Assembly: GCF_009914755.1 (NCBI RefSeq)
Contig: NC_060927.1
DNA from: the human T2T-CHM13v2.0 reference genome, Homo sapiens
DNA length: 64,000 nt
Reading direction: 5' to 3' (one strand)
A model generated the notes under the pieces. The model was not told the DNA's origin, did no database searches, and saw nothing but the letters and a program-made list of their open reading frames with translations. The position numbers were made by a program, and so were the translations under genes. Shown here one piece after another: positions 15,385 to 30,322 of the stretch; position 1 is the stretch's first letter; every line of letters begins with the position of its first letter.

Positions 15385-17403
15385 TGAGAAAGTTACTGAA
15401 TAATAGCTTAATATCTACAAAACTAAAAAATATTAGTTACTGAATATTGCTTAATATCTACAAAAACAAGCATTATCCACTAACATTGCTTTACTTTTAT
15501 GTTCCAAAATGTGTACCTCACACATATGACTCTTAGGTGGATCTTTCTAAATGCAAATCTAATGACCAAATCCTTCTTTAATAGCTTTCCAAGGCTCATC
15601 AGAGGACATGAGATAAAGTCCTAACTCCTTAGCACAGACTAAAAGCTTGTCACAGTCTGGACCCAGTCTACATTCCATCCACCTATCCACCACCACTCCT
15701 CCTTACCTACTCACTCCCTCATGCAGGTACTTACTGAGTGTCTAATATTGACAGTCAGTGATCTGTGCGCAGGTGGTGACTAAACATGACATAGTTCCTG
15801 CTGTATGAAGTCAGTAATCTACTGGTGGGCTTTAATCAACTAATGACACAAAACAAATGTACAACTGCAAACTGTGACAACTGCTCTAAAGAAGTATGGG
15901 TTGCACCTGTGGCAAAGAAATCTGACCAGGTCAGGAGAGTCTTGGAGAAGAGGAACCAATGGGAGTTCACTCTGACAGGAGGGCAGAAAAAGAGTTTTCC
16001 AAGCAAAGAAAGGACAGATGCATACATACTTGGGGGAAAGCAACATGGCAAGTATGCACTGCAGCTTGTGAACAACACTGTCCATTCTGCAAATTGCAAC
16101 ACTTCATGCTCAACAGAGTGTCCCCTCTCTCCTGAATGGGGGTTCTAATCACTCCACATCAGAGAGGTGGCACCACCGTGTCTCTCCAATAACTTACACT
16201 ATACTGGATTATAACTGTGGATTTACATCTGCCTCCACAGTAAACCGTGAGCTCACCAAAGCCAAGTCCTGTGCTCATTCTTTTCTCTAACCCCAGAACT
16301 GGCAATGAACCAGCTGACTGAATTTAGCAATGATTGCCACAAGTCACACAGAAAACTTCCATTAACACTTCCCACTTGCTTCTCTCCCTAGCACACTCCC
16401 AAGGAAACAGAGGTAGCTCTAGTTGAGAAGACAAAAACAGATGCCTATTTTACACAAGAAAAATTGATAAAGGGATAAGCACTTGAATCAAGAGATCAGG
16501 AAAAGAACAAGACCCTTATTTAAAAAACGAATAAGATGTTTTATAAAACAATATAATAGAGTAAAATCAGTAGAACTGATAAATATTCAAGAGCTAGTTC
16601 TTTAGGAGAAAAAATCCATTAAGTTAAATAAAACACCAAGCTATCTTAACATAAACAAAGTGGGTGAAGTCACAAATTATCAAATTAGGAAGAAGACAGG
16701 GTAAATAACGACATTAAAAATATTTTTATATAATCCTACTCTAATACATAACAAAGTGATAGTATTCTAGAAAAAAACACAAATTTCCAAAATAAGAAAA
16801 ATCACTTTAAGACACGACAATAGGGAAGAAATTTTAAAAACTGTCAGAGAATAAATGGGAGAGGGAAGACACATCTCCTTTATGGAAAAATTCGAAATAA
16901 TTTATGTAGGTACTTTGCCCCCAAGGAGATAGAGCTTCATTTCCTATTCTTTGAGTGTCAGAAGTACTTAGAAACTTGCTTTCAAAGAGTAAAGTAGAAA
17001 AATTGTGGGTTGGAGGGTGAGAGGGAAACAGGGGACTAATTTTACAGTAGAGAAATCTGAAAAACCTCAGCCACAGAATCAAGGTTAACAATGACAGGCC
17101 ATGCTAACTGTATATATCCTTGATATGATGTGGTAAGAATGATACCTCGTCTCTGTGGTTTTCCTCCCCCAAACCCATAATGCTTATCTTATCATGACAA
17201 AAAAATAATAAAAAAGAACACACTTGAATTAAGAGACATTCTTCATAACACCAGTGCAACTCAAACCCACTAAGGTCATCCAAAAGAAGGAAAGTCTGAG
17301 GAACTACCACATATCAGAAGAGATTAAGGCAATATGATGACTAAGTATAATGTGGTGTTCTGGATGGGTCTTGGAATACAAAACAAAATACTATAGAAAA
17401 TTA

Positions 17404-17696
<293 letters not shown>

Positions 17697-17960
17697 AAGA
17701 AAGAAAGGGAAGGGAAGGAAGAGAAGAAAGGAAAGGAAAGGGAAGGAAGAGAAAAAGGAAAGGAAAGGAAAGGAAAGGAAAGGAAAGGAAAGGAAAGGAA
17801 AGGAAAGGAAAGGAAAGGAAAGGAAAGGAGGAAGGGAAAGGAAAGGAGGAAGGGAAAGGAAAGGAGGAAGGGAAAAAGGAAGGGAAGGAGAATTGGAAGG
17901 GGGAAGGGAAGGGGAAAGGAAGGAGAAAGAAAAAAGAGAAAAGAGAAAGAGGAAGAAAGA
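17697..17960 (+). repeat. Compound polypurine microsatellite including (AAAGG)15
   Basis: Pure AAAGG run at 17754-17828; no pyrimidine from 17697 to 17892. Confidence 0.95.
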
Positions 17961-18279
17961 CAGAAAACTAGAGAAAACTGAATAAAGTATTGAATCCTTA
18001 TTCATGGCAAATATACCACAGCTATGTAAGAACTTAACAATGGAGAAACTAGGTAAGAGCACACAGGAACTCACTGTACTACCTCTGCAACCTTTCTGTA
18101 AATCTAGAACTATACTAAAATAAAGTTATATAAAAATTTTTAATAGCAGTCCAAGGACTATAATCTCCTAAAAATGAGCCATAATCATATAGTTTCAGAG
18201 CTGAATTTTTAAAAGAAATTTCTGTGAAGGCAGGTAAGATTTCTATACTTTATTTAAACTGGTAAAATGATGAAACTAG

Positions 18280-19310
18280 TAGACTGTAACTTACATATTT
18301 CTAATATGATACAGAGAGGACAGTAACCACTAACAAATCTAAACAAAGAGAAATCCTCAAAAACGCTACAGACAAATAAAAATGAAATTCTAAAAAACGT
18401 TCATGTAATCTAAAGGAAAACAGGAAACAAAATGCAAAAGAGAAAAACAAAATAAAATAAAATGGCAGGCTTAATATGTAAAACATTAAAAATCAGATTA
18501 AATATAAAAGGTCTAAATATACACTGAAAAGACAGGTTTGTGGAATAGATTAAGAAAATAAATGACCCAACTACATGTTGTATACAAGAAACTCACTTAA
18601 AATATAATAAAGGTAGAGTGAACATGCAACAGGAGATACCATGCAAACATTAATTAAAAGAAAGCAGGTCTGGCTATACTGATATCAGAAAAAATAAACT
18701 TCAGAGGGAGGAAATTAACAGGAACATAAAGAAACACTACATAATGATAAAATAATAAAATTATCATTTTGATTCCATTCACCAAGAAGACATAACAATT
18801 CTAAATATGTATGAAACAAGCAACAAAGGTGTAAAACACTGAAGTACAAACTGGGAGAGAGACAAGACAGGAGAAACAAATAACTCCACAATTATAGTTG
18901 AAGACTCCAACACTCCTCTCTCCTCAGTTGACAGGATAACCTGAAAGAAAATCGGCAAAGATACAGAAGAACTCAACAGCATCATCAAGCAACAGGATCT
19001 AACCAACTTTTATACTATACCCCAATGAATAATAGAATACACATTTTTTTTCAGGCATCCATAAACATAGATGCCTGAAATAGAATACACTTTTTTTTTC
19101 AGGCATCCATAGAACATAAAGATAAAACAAATCATACAAATTGAGATATGCATACACATTGTACCAGTGCAGATTTTCTGGTATAGATATTGTACTATAG
19201 TTTATAAAATATAACCACTGGAAGAGGCTGGGTGAAGTACAGGGGACTTCTCTGTCCTATCTCTGCAACTTCTTGTGAAAGTATAAGTATTTCAAAATAA
19301 AAAATTTAAG
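18280..19310 (+). mobile_element. Old L1M fragments (ORF2 endonuclease region and an L1MC/MD-like 3' end)
   Basis: gacccaactacatgttgtatacaagaaactcac, caagaagacataacaattctaaatatgtatg. Confidence 0.7.
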
Positions 19311-20639
19311 AAAGCGTTAACAGATAATACAACTACAGACCAATTTCATTTACAAATATATTTTTAAAATCCTTTAATATGTGCCTGTTAAATCCAGCAC
19401 TACATTAAAAATAATACTTCCCTATACCATAACTATTCAATAGATGCATATTGAGTGGCCACCTAAGACTACTGTGTGCCAGATGATAGATGAGGCTAAA
19501 GAGACAGCCACAGCCATTTATTCCCATGGGACTACTTTAGATGAAATAGAGAAGAAAGGCCTCTATGAAAATGGAAGGTTCAGAAACAGCTATGTAAAGA
19601 GACAGGAGAAAAACATGCTGAGGAGAGGTAATAGTAAAAGCAAAGGTCCTCAGGTAGGAAAAAAGTAGGCCTCTGCATAGCCTATTTAGTAAACTAAGAG
19701 GTCAATGTGGTAAAAGCATAATCAGGAAGGGAAAGAGAGAGATGACACGAGGCGAGAGAGGCAACCATGGCCAGATCATGGAGGGTGTTGCAAGAGTGGG
19801 ACTTTATGATACATGTAATTGGAAGTCACTAAAAATAAAAGTATACTGATGTGAGTTTCTTATGTAAGACATGAAGTGGTATAAAGTACATTCCTGTATT
19901 ATTTGAGAATATGTAGTTCTGATATAGATGAAAAAACAGAATGTAGGAAGCTTATGTGACACATATAGAGCACATGTGTGTTAAACAGAATTAGAAATGA
20001 ATGAAAGGACCAAAAGATACATAACATTCATGAGTCATTAAACATACATGAAATATCTGGGCCCTACATATTCATAATACACCAAACATACAGGAAGCAC
20101 CTAACAGGCAGCATATATGAAGTTTTAATGAAGATGCTTATTGATGACATCTATTCAGGCCCTGTGTGTTCTTTGCCTAAGAAACACCAATAAAATTCAT
20201 GGATGTTCAGCAAGTTCACTGTCAAGCTACAGCCAGGGCCAACTCTACATGTTTCTGTGCCTGTCTTATACAGTAAATATGTGTTTTGGACCCAGGATAC
20301 CTTCTACCCGTGGACTTTCTTTCTCAAATTTCAGCTCTGAAGAAGGCTGATGCAGCAGAGAGGGGATAAATATAAACACATTATTCCCCAGGATGTATCC
20401 AACATGTACTTCACCCTGTTTGCACCATACATAAAATGTGCTCACTTGCTTCTCACTGTGCATACTTAATTGATTTAATAAATCATGTGATGTGAGCTGT
20501 TAAAATTTGATCTGTGATCCTTTATGTTCAATGATCTCTCAGCTACTTTGTCCAGTAGTCTATTTGGAGGTGACTATTACATCAACATAATTACTTATAT
20601 GACACTAAGTAGACTTGATACATTAAAGGTGCACATATA

Positions 20640-21800
20640 TCATAAACTATACCAACCATTAAAAAAAATACTTAACTGAGACAAAAGAAAGCAGAAAAAG
20701 ACATAAAGAAAAACAACAGAAGGTACAATAGAAAACTAGTAGTAAGATTTAAATATAATAATATCAAAAATTGTATTAAATAATAATGTTCTAAACCCCT
20801 TTAAAAGACTAACATTATTAGATTGAAAAAAAGGCAAGGCCCAACTACATCTATCTTCAAGAAAACAATTTTGAATATAAAGGCATAAATAGGTTAAGAG
20901 TTAAGGAATGGAAAAGAATATGTCTCACACTAACCAAAAAAAGCTGCAGTGGTGATATTAATATCACATAAAATAAATTTCAGGACAAGGAGTACTACCC
21001 AGGGATAAAAAGGGTCATCTCATAATGATAAAGAGGTCGATTCATCAAGATGACATAAAATCCTAAATTTAATTTTTACATGGAATAACAGAGCTTCAAA
21101 ACAGAAAACAAAACTGATCCAAAAGGGGAAATAGTCAAAACCACACTTACAATACGAGAGTCTGTAGACCCTGTCACCCCTCTCTCAATGAGTGACAGAA
21201 AAGTAGACAGAAAACCAGGTAAAGATAAAGATGACTTGAACAACAATGACAACCTATTTATCTAATTGACATTCATAGAACATTCCAACGGCAGCAAAAT
21301 ACACATTCTTTACATATATAAAAGGAATATTTATGAAAATAGACCATATACTCAACCATAAAACAAGTCTGAAGAAATTGTATAAGATGCAAATAATGCA
21401 AACTATGTTCTCTAACTACAGTGTAATTAAAATCAATAAAAAATATATCTGACAGTCCCCCAAATACTGGGAAACTAAGTAACACTTCTAAATAATCCAT
21501 GAACCAAAGATAAAATCACAAGGAAAATTTGAAATTATGTTGAACTAAGTGAAACTGAAGAGACAACACATCAAAATTTGTGAGACGAAACTAAGGCAGT
21601 GCTTAGGGGGACATTTTAGCACTAAATGTTTATATTTGAAAAAACAGAGAAGTCTCAAGCCAATCAACTAAGCTTCTACATTAAAAGGAAAAGTCAGAAT
21701 AAGAGCAAAAAATGAAACCCAAAGGAAACAAAAGGACAAAACGAAGAGTTAAAATTAATGAAATCGAAAATTAAAAAAAAGAAAGCAATAAAACCAAAGG
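20640..21800 (+). mobile_element. Old L1M ORF2 endonuclease-region remnant
   Basis: ataatgataaagaggtcgattcatcaagatgacata, atagaccatatact, aacacttctaaataatccatg. Confidence 0.75.
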
Positions 21801-22650
21801 CAAATGACAAGATTTCATTCTTTTTATAGCTGAATAGTAATCCACTGCATATACATGCCACATTTGCTTTATCCATTTATCTATTTAGGTTGACTGCATA
21901 TCTTGGTTATTGTGAACGGGGTTGCAATAAACAAAGGAATGCAGGTATCCCTTCAATATACTGATTTCTTTTCCTTTGGATAAATCCCAGAAGTGGGATT
22001 CCTGGATCATATAGTAGTTCTATTTTTAGTTCTTAAAGAAATCTTCATACCATTTTCTATAATGGCTGTACTAATTTGTACCCCCATTAACAGTGTATAA
22101 GAATTCCCTTTTCTCTGTATCCTTGTCAGCACTTGTTATTTTTTGTCATTTTGATAATAGCCATTCTAATAGAAGTAAGATTCTCATCACGATTTTGATT
22201 TGCATTTCCCCAGTGATTAGTGATGTGGAGCACTTTTCATAAACTTGGCCATCTGTATATCTTCTTTTGAGAAATGTCTATTCAGAGCCTTTGCCCATTT
22301 TTTAACTGGATTATTTGTTTTCTTGCTGTTAAATTGAGTTCCTCGTACATTCTGGACATTAGTCCCTTGTTGGATGAATAGTTTGCAAATATTTTCTCCC
22401 ATTTTACAGGTTGTCTCTTCGTCCTGTTTATTGTTTCTTTTGCTGTGCAGAAGCTTTTTTAATTTGATACATATAGTCCCATTTGTCTACTTTTGCTTTT
22501 GTAGTTGTACTCATAAAATCTTTGCCTAGATCAATGTCCTGAAGCATTTCTCTTAGGTTTTCTTCTGGTAGTTTTACATTTTGAGGTCTTACATTTAAGT
22601 CTTTAATCCATTTTGAGTTAATTTTTGGATATGGTGAGAGAGAGGGGTCT
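21801..22650 (-). mobile_element. L1MA-like ORF2 3' region
   Basis: Minus-strand [26 protein letters not shown]. Confidence 0.85.
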
Positions 22651-25191
22651 CAAGCCACCATAGTGATGGATTAAATCAATAAACACTGTTGCAACATTAG
22701 CTTGATGATAGTGAAAAGGAGATGTAGGGGAAGGGATAAGGTGTATTTGTATTCATTCCTTACAACAAAATTATTTTGGAGCAAAGATTTGCAACTTAAT
22801 TATGAAGCCACAAATGTATAAAAGAATATTTTATAACCTTTTGAAGGAGAAGTCCTTCCTAAGCATGCTAGGAAACACATAAGCTTTGAGCAAAAACAAT
22901 GATAAATTTGACTCTCATAATGAAAAGTAAACAAGTCAAAATACAAACAATTGACAATTTAAAGGACTGACAATATTCAATTGTGCTAAGGGTGTGGCAA
23001 AGCAGGTGTTACTGTATACCACTGCTATAAAGGTATCACCCTTTGAAGTGTAACATTAAAATATAAAGGACATATATACTTCAGTGTAACAATTCAACTT
23101 GCAAGAATTTATCCTATAGAAACTCACATAGGTAGACAAAGGTATGACAAAGATATCCTGTTCATTTTTTCCACATATTATAAAGTTGGGGAGAAATTTG
23201 AGCATCCATCAGTGGAGACTGGCTAAACAAATTCTACTAAATACAATAAATATTACATGGTCATTAAATAGAATAAAAAATACCCATGGGCATACACATG
23301 GGCATAGGCATGCCTGCATGCACACTTAGGAACATGCACACTCTACCACTGCTGCTATGGACATTATAAAGACAGATACAAACTAATATTCAATACGGTC
23401 CCATTTTTGACAAAAGACATACAACACATGCATGAAAAATAATGAGGAGAACATCCGCTAGCTATAAGTCATGAAATTATGAGAGACCACCACATGCTAT
23501 GTTAGACATTTCTGTGTTGTTTAAACCCTTTACAAGTGTGTATTGTTTTTGCTACAAAACAAAGATAAACCTAAAATTTCTATGTAATAACTTGCCCCTA
23601 TTGACTTTGTATCAGTCTTTTTTCCAATTTGGTATCTCTAATAAATCCAAAATGCAATTTCACCCGGTAGAACTATTTTACAAGCTCTATTTTTCCCATA
23701 AATCTGTAAACTGATTTAGTACATCAGATTTCCTGGCTCAGTCTGAAAATCCTTTGCAGCTCTGGGTAAGCACATAAATTCTTCTTTTTCTTGCTCATCC
23801 AAAAAAACAAATGCAAAGAGCATCAAAAGCAAATGCTAATAAATGTTTGCTGCTTTATTTAATCAAAACTAGTAACTCTTTGCTGACATTTCTACTTTCT
23901 CAAAAAGTGGGTAATCTCAGTTGTTTCTGTTCATGAATAAACTTTATAGGGTCCTGTGTTACTGAGTAATTTCGAGAAAAAGTAACATTCATTGGTTTCA
24001 TATTGAGAATGAGTAATCACTGATTTCACAGTAGGCTTTTCCAGTAATTCTTTGCATTTACAATCAGTCATTTTACTTTGTTCCATCTATCAAAGAACTC
24101 CAAATACAAATGTTTTGGGAGTAGTGTGATGGAGCAATGCCTGATCACAGTAAGCCTTTTATTTTTCAACACAAGCCTGAAACCAAAGTTGGCCAATGTA
24201 ACTGACAGTTAGGTTATCCAGAGTTAGGGAAGAAGTTCAGTGGTATCACTTGCCATGGCCAGAATTCAGGGGAGCCACATCCACTGCCTTTTGTGAATTC
24301 ATCACACTGAAGAACACTGGCCCTTCCTACTATTTCATTTTCCAGTTCCCGAATCAATTAGAAGTAAAAACAAAAACTATAAAAGCTTCTAATCTTGGGA
24401 AGTACACTGTTCAACATCTTATCACTTAGCTACTTCTCTCCTGTGTTTTTTAACTAGACTGTCCTTTAGAGAGAAGGAAGAATGTGTATGTACTATTTCC
24501 TCAAAGTGAGCAGAACATAGAGCAGAACTAGTAACAAGAATGATGATAAAACTCAAGATGCTACTGGCTTGGGAGAAGTTACATGTAACACATTCTTAAT
24601 ATGTAACCTGTACCTGGCCACAGATATACTAAGCTCTATTTTAGCTTTTTTTTTCATTGGGTACAATATATGGTTTTTAACTCAATAAAATTTCTCTTTA
24701 TTTGGCTGATTATGCAGAAATTAGTTATGCTTTATTTAACCCACATTTACTAATATGTTTATTATACTTAGTTCAGCCCATTTATTCAGGTAACGTGGAG
24801 CTGATCAGAATAAAGTTATTGTTCAGTTGTCACATGAGCAACTTCACTTCATTCAATCCAGTATCAATAGATTGTACCCGAGCCCAAGAAAGTTATTTTG
24901 CAAACTTGTATTTATGACAGAAGCCACCAAGAAGGGATTTATACAAATCCATTTTCATTCCCAAAAGAAACACCTCACATGTACTTTAATGGTGGTATAT
25001 GTTAGCAGCGTATAAAGTCATCTTTGTATACAACAAAAAATTGTTATATGGCTCCATTCTTCAATCGGTAAAAGCCCTGAATGGGTATAGACGTAGATTT
25101 ATCGCCTGCATTCAACAGGTGTTAACTGTATAAATTTAAAAGTATCTTCCTAAGTCAAGCATTTTGAAATTTTAATCATATCTTGTTCTCT

Positions 25192-25493
<302 letters not shown>

Positions 25494-25516
25494 GTAAAGA
25501 CAATACAATTCAAATA

Positions 25517-25807
25517 ATTTTATTTTTTTTTTTTTGGAAACAGAGTCTTGCTCTGTCACCCAGGCTGGAATGCAGTGGCGTGATCTCAGCTCACTGCAAC
25601 CTCTGCCCCCTGGGTTCAAGCAATTGTCTGCCTCAGCCTCCCCAGTAGTTGGGATTACAGGCACACACCACCACGCCTGGCTAATTTCTTTTTATTTTTT
25701 GTAGAGATGGGGTTTTGCCTGTCGGCCAGACTGGTCTTGAACTCTTGACCTCAAGTGACCCACCTGCCTCAGCCTCCCAAAGTGCTGGAATTACACTTTG
25801 CCCAGCC
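25517..25807 (-). mobile_element. AluS/J
   Basis: T-tail followed by the reverse-complement dimer. Confidence 0.9.
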
Positions 25808-27439
25808 AATATATACATTTTTTAAATCTTATTTTATATTTTATTATAGAAATTTTCACCCATGTGCATAGCAAAATTTTGTTCATGGTATATTTAACAT
25901 AAGCATGTAGATTCTTAAAATAAGGAACTTCTCTTTTTAACGTACTCTAAGAACCAATACATATTTGTTGAGTTACAAGTAGAGTGGAGCAAATTTTATA
26001 AGCCTGATGGATGCATAGGATTGAAAACATTCCTTAAATGTAATGTGACTGTCTGTCTATATGACATTGGTGTCTCAGTGATTAAATACTTTAGGCCTCA
26101 AGGGTCCATAAAGAGACTCTTTTCTAAAAATACAGTTGACTTGAAAGATTTACTGAAGCTTGCTTCAACTGCTATCCTTGAGAACTGTTAAAACAATATA
26201 ATTGTCAAACTAGTGTATTGCTAATCCAATTTTTATTGTTAACATTTGCCACTGAAATTGCTCTTTAATTGTTTATTTTGGAATAGACACATAAAATATC
26301 ATGACAGCAATATTTTGGCACATATTGGAAAATCTGCCATGAATATTTTTTTCCAATAAAACAGAGGTTACCTATATTACTTGGCATTAAAATGATTTAC
26401 TGAAGTAGGCCAAAACATAAACCACGGAAATAAAATGAAGAAAGATTAGAGTTATAGCAAACTCCAAAGGCTGATACATCCAAATTCACACTTAAGGCAC
26501 ATTTCAAAGCAACTTATACTCTTTTGAAAAAGTAGAGAGAAAAAATAAGTCCTCCATCCTGTGCATCCAGCAATTCTGCACTCAAAAGCCAAGACAATGG
26601 ACTCTTCTGATGGCTCACATTTTTCAGGAACCCGCATTTATTAAACAAGCGCAGACTGCCTTAGTGCGGTACACCGTGAAGACTGTACGTACTATAATAC
26701 AAATGCATTCAGCTTAATCCAGCGTATGCTGCCTGAGCTCCACTCCCTGTCCATCACAGCTGCCTTGTGCTGCCAATGAAAATGCAGAGGTCTCACCCAG
26801 GGGGCTCTGCTTGGGGAACAGCACCCAGCTCCCACAACAGCAATTTTTTGTAAGCCATCAGCTGCCTGGCTTTCTCCACTGTTTGGCCTGCCAAACACCA
26901 GGAAACTTGAAGCTAGAGCTCAGGATTAAAAACATTCTGCCCACTCTCTGCCCTGAATGTGATGTTAGAACTCCTGGGACATCGGATCGAACATCTGAGA
27001 CGTGTTCTGTATCTTATGTTGCCAGCCCCACAGTCCCTTTGACTGATCTCAAAAACCTCATTGGTGAAAACTTGCAGAAACTCCCAGAATCGAGTTTCCA
27101 CCCTTTCAATCTTCTAGTGACTGAAGGAGCATGGACACTCAAGTTTCCAGTACATGCCCATGACCCAAGCCTGACTCTTGCTGAGTCCCAAACCTGTAGC
27201 CAATCAGCCTGCCTCCTCATTGCACATGCCTCCTAAAGCACAGGCGTTCTAGACTTTTTTTGTTTCAAGTAGAGGATACTGTCTGATTTTAAAGAGCATA
27301 AATTATTTGCAAAGCCAAACAAATAAGAAATAACCACAGTATAAAGCCCTATAGGATTTCATCCCAAACTACCCTTTACCCTCATTTCCTACCATTTCTC
27401 CATGGTCCAGGCTCCCTGTACTTGGGCACATCTAAGGAC

Positions 27440-27725
27440 AGTCAGCCCTGCCTATCCATGGGTTCCACATCTGTGCATCTGACCAACCAAAGATCAAAAA
27501 TATTCAGAAAAAAAAATAAAAATAACAATACAAGAAAAAGTAACACACATTTTAAAATACAGTGTAACAACTATTTCCACAGCATTTACATTGCATTAGG
27601 TATTATAGGAAATCCAGAGATGATTTAAAGTATACAGAAGGATGTGCAAAGGACTTGAGGATCTGTAGATTTTAGTATGAGGGTGGTTTCTAGAATCAAT
27701 CCCACGAGGATACTAGAGCCAAGTA
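27440..27725 (-). mobile_element. MER2 (TcMar-Tigger MITE)
   Basis: cagtcagccctgcctatccatgggttccacatctgtg...gagatgatttaaagtatac matches the reverse complement of MER2. Confidence 0.8.
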
Positions 27726-28692
27726 TACTTAGCATTGAGTACACTGACCTAGCCTTCCCCTTCCCCAAGCTGAACTCCCTCCTCCTTCCCTCAAAATACC
27801 TCCTCCTCTTCCCCCAAAGCCCTGTTCAAAGGTTACTCCTTCTGTGAGATTCTCCCACTTTTCCCAGAGTTGGTCACTCCCTTCCCCGGGGTCCACAGCT
27901 TTCCATACCTACCTTCGTAACAGCTCCTATAATGCTCCTACCTGATCATGTGTGTACACATCACTCTCTCCCTGCAACGTGAACTTAGAGGGCCTACCCA
28001 TTAGTCCTCCAGACAGGAAGTAGCACTGTGCCTCCTCAGTAGGTAGTGACAACTGGAGATAATTTTTATTTTTTCTCCAAAATAATACAAATTAATTTCA
28101 ATTGGTTTTTTATTTAACCAGTTTGAATCCATACTTGGGGCTCGTGGTTTGCCATACAACTCCAGAAATGTCTGTTCTTCCTAAGATTTCCACTTCACTA
28201 TTTTATATAGATAAGATCTCAAATTCAGAATTGTAGTCCCTCCACTTCATTTGCCTGCATAACTACAGGAAAAAAACAGAGAAGCTGCCTGCAATTCCTG
28301 CCCATCAGAAAAGACAGGCTCACTTTCTTAATGGAAGACATCTAGGAGAGGAGCACATCATAGAAGAAACTCTAGAAAGGAAGAAGGAAGTTACAAAGCT
28401 CATAAGCAGGTTTTAAGTACATCAGACAGAAGCTGGAAAACAGGGATGGGCTAAAAGTAAAGAAAAAAGTCATCAGGAGGTCACAGTAGACTACCAGCTA
28501 AATGAATCAAATGATGTTTCGCTATTTTCTTAATGGGTAGCCAGAAGGCATAAGTAGCAGCCGAGCATGCAGGGCCCCACACAATCTTCTCATTATGCCT
28601 TGTTCTGATCAAATCACTGCAAAGAAGCTGCCATATATATGCTAGACACCACCAAGGCCCTCAAACTTAGAAACCAAACCAAATTGAAATAT

Positions 28693-29060
28693 ATACTGCT
28701 TCCTTGAAACCTGAAATCTATCAGCTCTAAGATGCACCATTATTTTATCAAGCACTAAGAAAGAAAAATGCTGCCAATTAAACTATGACACGGTTTCTTA
28801 TTACTTAGAATTTTTATCTTCTTTTTATTGAAAGAGCTCTTTTAGACTTATTCAGACATAGATTTTTATAATATATCACTTTTAGGCATTTGTAAAAAGA
28901 AAAATAAAACTGAAATAAATTGGTTAAGGCAATGACAACCAGGTCAACTGGCTGAAAGCAATGGTAAAACACCATTGATTTGGAAAGTATATCTCAGTTT
29001 CAGAAATGTTAAAATCTGAAAAAAAAAAAATGTGCATCATAGAATCAAGAAAACACTGTA
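28693..29060 (-). mobile_element. Kanga1/MER104-type TcMar-Tc2 remnant
   Basis: TIR-like tctaagatgcac ... gtgcatcataga; tcagaaatgttaaaat. Confidence 0.6.
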
Positions 29061-29499
29061 TTATATCTAGCTTGGTGACAACAATTTTAAAAGGATAAGT
29101 AATAGTTCACAGGATAACTGCTACAAAGATATTTCATCGATTGAAAAATGTATTTCTACACAGAAAAAAGTTGAGATTATTCAACTCAAAAAAGACAAAA
29201 GTAGAATAGGAATTTAATAATGTTCTTCAAGGACATCAAACTCCTGCCTCATAAAGCAGTGATTTCCAACACTTTTCTTCTTTACTTTTTAGCAGCAAGA
29301 TCTCTTTTTCAGATAATGTCCTATAAGAAATCTGAGCATGGAACTGTTCTGGTTAGAAAAAGAGCACCATCCCTGACATGCCTGCAAGGCCATAGGGCTC
29401 AGGACTGGCTAAAATGGTGATCTGGAGGGTAGATGTCACCTTCTACCCATTCCCTATGACAGCTATACCACAATGACAAGGGTTCAAATTGTGGCATTA

Positions 29500-29780
29500 A
29501 TCAATTATTTAAAAATGGTTTGTAAAATACAAAACACTTGTTGGGTGCTCAGTATACAGAGATTAATCAAGTATGAAGGTGTTCTGGTAACCTACCAAAA
29601 GGAATTTTTTATGTTGAGATTTTAGACCTTGAGATGATTGCCGAAGATAAGGTAAGAACTTTCTGTCAGCCACAAAAGGAGTTATATTCATCTAACGGGT
29701 TAGAAGCCCTCCTTGCCACAGCAAAAGGATGAATCATGTAGACCCACTAAGGCCCATTCTAGCTCTAGGATGTCTATAAA
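29500..29780 (+). mobile_element. L3/CR1 3' end remnant
   Basis: ctaaggcccattctagctctaggatgtctat resembles the CR1/L3 terminus. Confidence 0.4.
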
Positions 29781-30322
29781 ATGAGTCTCTTTCCAAATGC
29801 ATTCAAATGTAGCTGAGTTTGGACAGCTTTGGCTCTTGCCCCATACCCAACCATGTGGCCAAACTCAACAGTTTGCTAGACCACTGTCCTCCAAAACAAA
29901 TTCAACTCCATAACAAATTGGCAAATAATGTGTATCTGACTGAAGATGGAAAGATACACATATCCATATCACTGGTGAAACTTTAACATCTCCGTTAGAG
30001 AGCTCTTGATCATTTCTTCATCTGCCTCTTCTCTATCCTTTCTCTAAAATCCCTTCTTACAATTCTAAGCAACTCAGTCCAGGCTCTAACCTTACATGTT
30101 CCACTCATCAAGGCAGCTGTCATCTTGTCACCTGAACATGCTTTGGGAATAGTACCCATTCCCATCTCTACTCCCCATGCAATGCAAATAACTCAGCAAA
30201 TCCACTCAGCTCTCCTGAAAATCTGCAGCTAAGAAAAATAAAGTTTTCACCATATGGACATGACAGCACACAAACGATTTATAGAATAATATTTTAAGAT
30301 GATTAAGGAAAGTTGATTTCCC

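Noticed and set aside
20292-20344. U12-type donor GTATCCT on the minus strand
   Set aside because: Lacks the full GTATCCTTT consensus and no matching U12 branch site could be linked; expected by chance.
20640-22650. Possible twin-priming L1 inversion at ~21800
   Set aside because: The + and - pieces look different in age and subfamily, and no shared TSD was found; a nested insertion or deletion is more likely.
28136-28262. Minus-strand exon candidate with a strong acceptor
   Set aside because: Stops in all three frames and a weak donor; no support.
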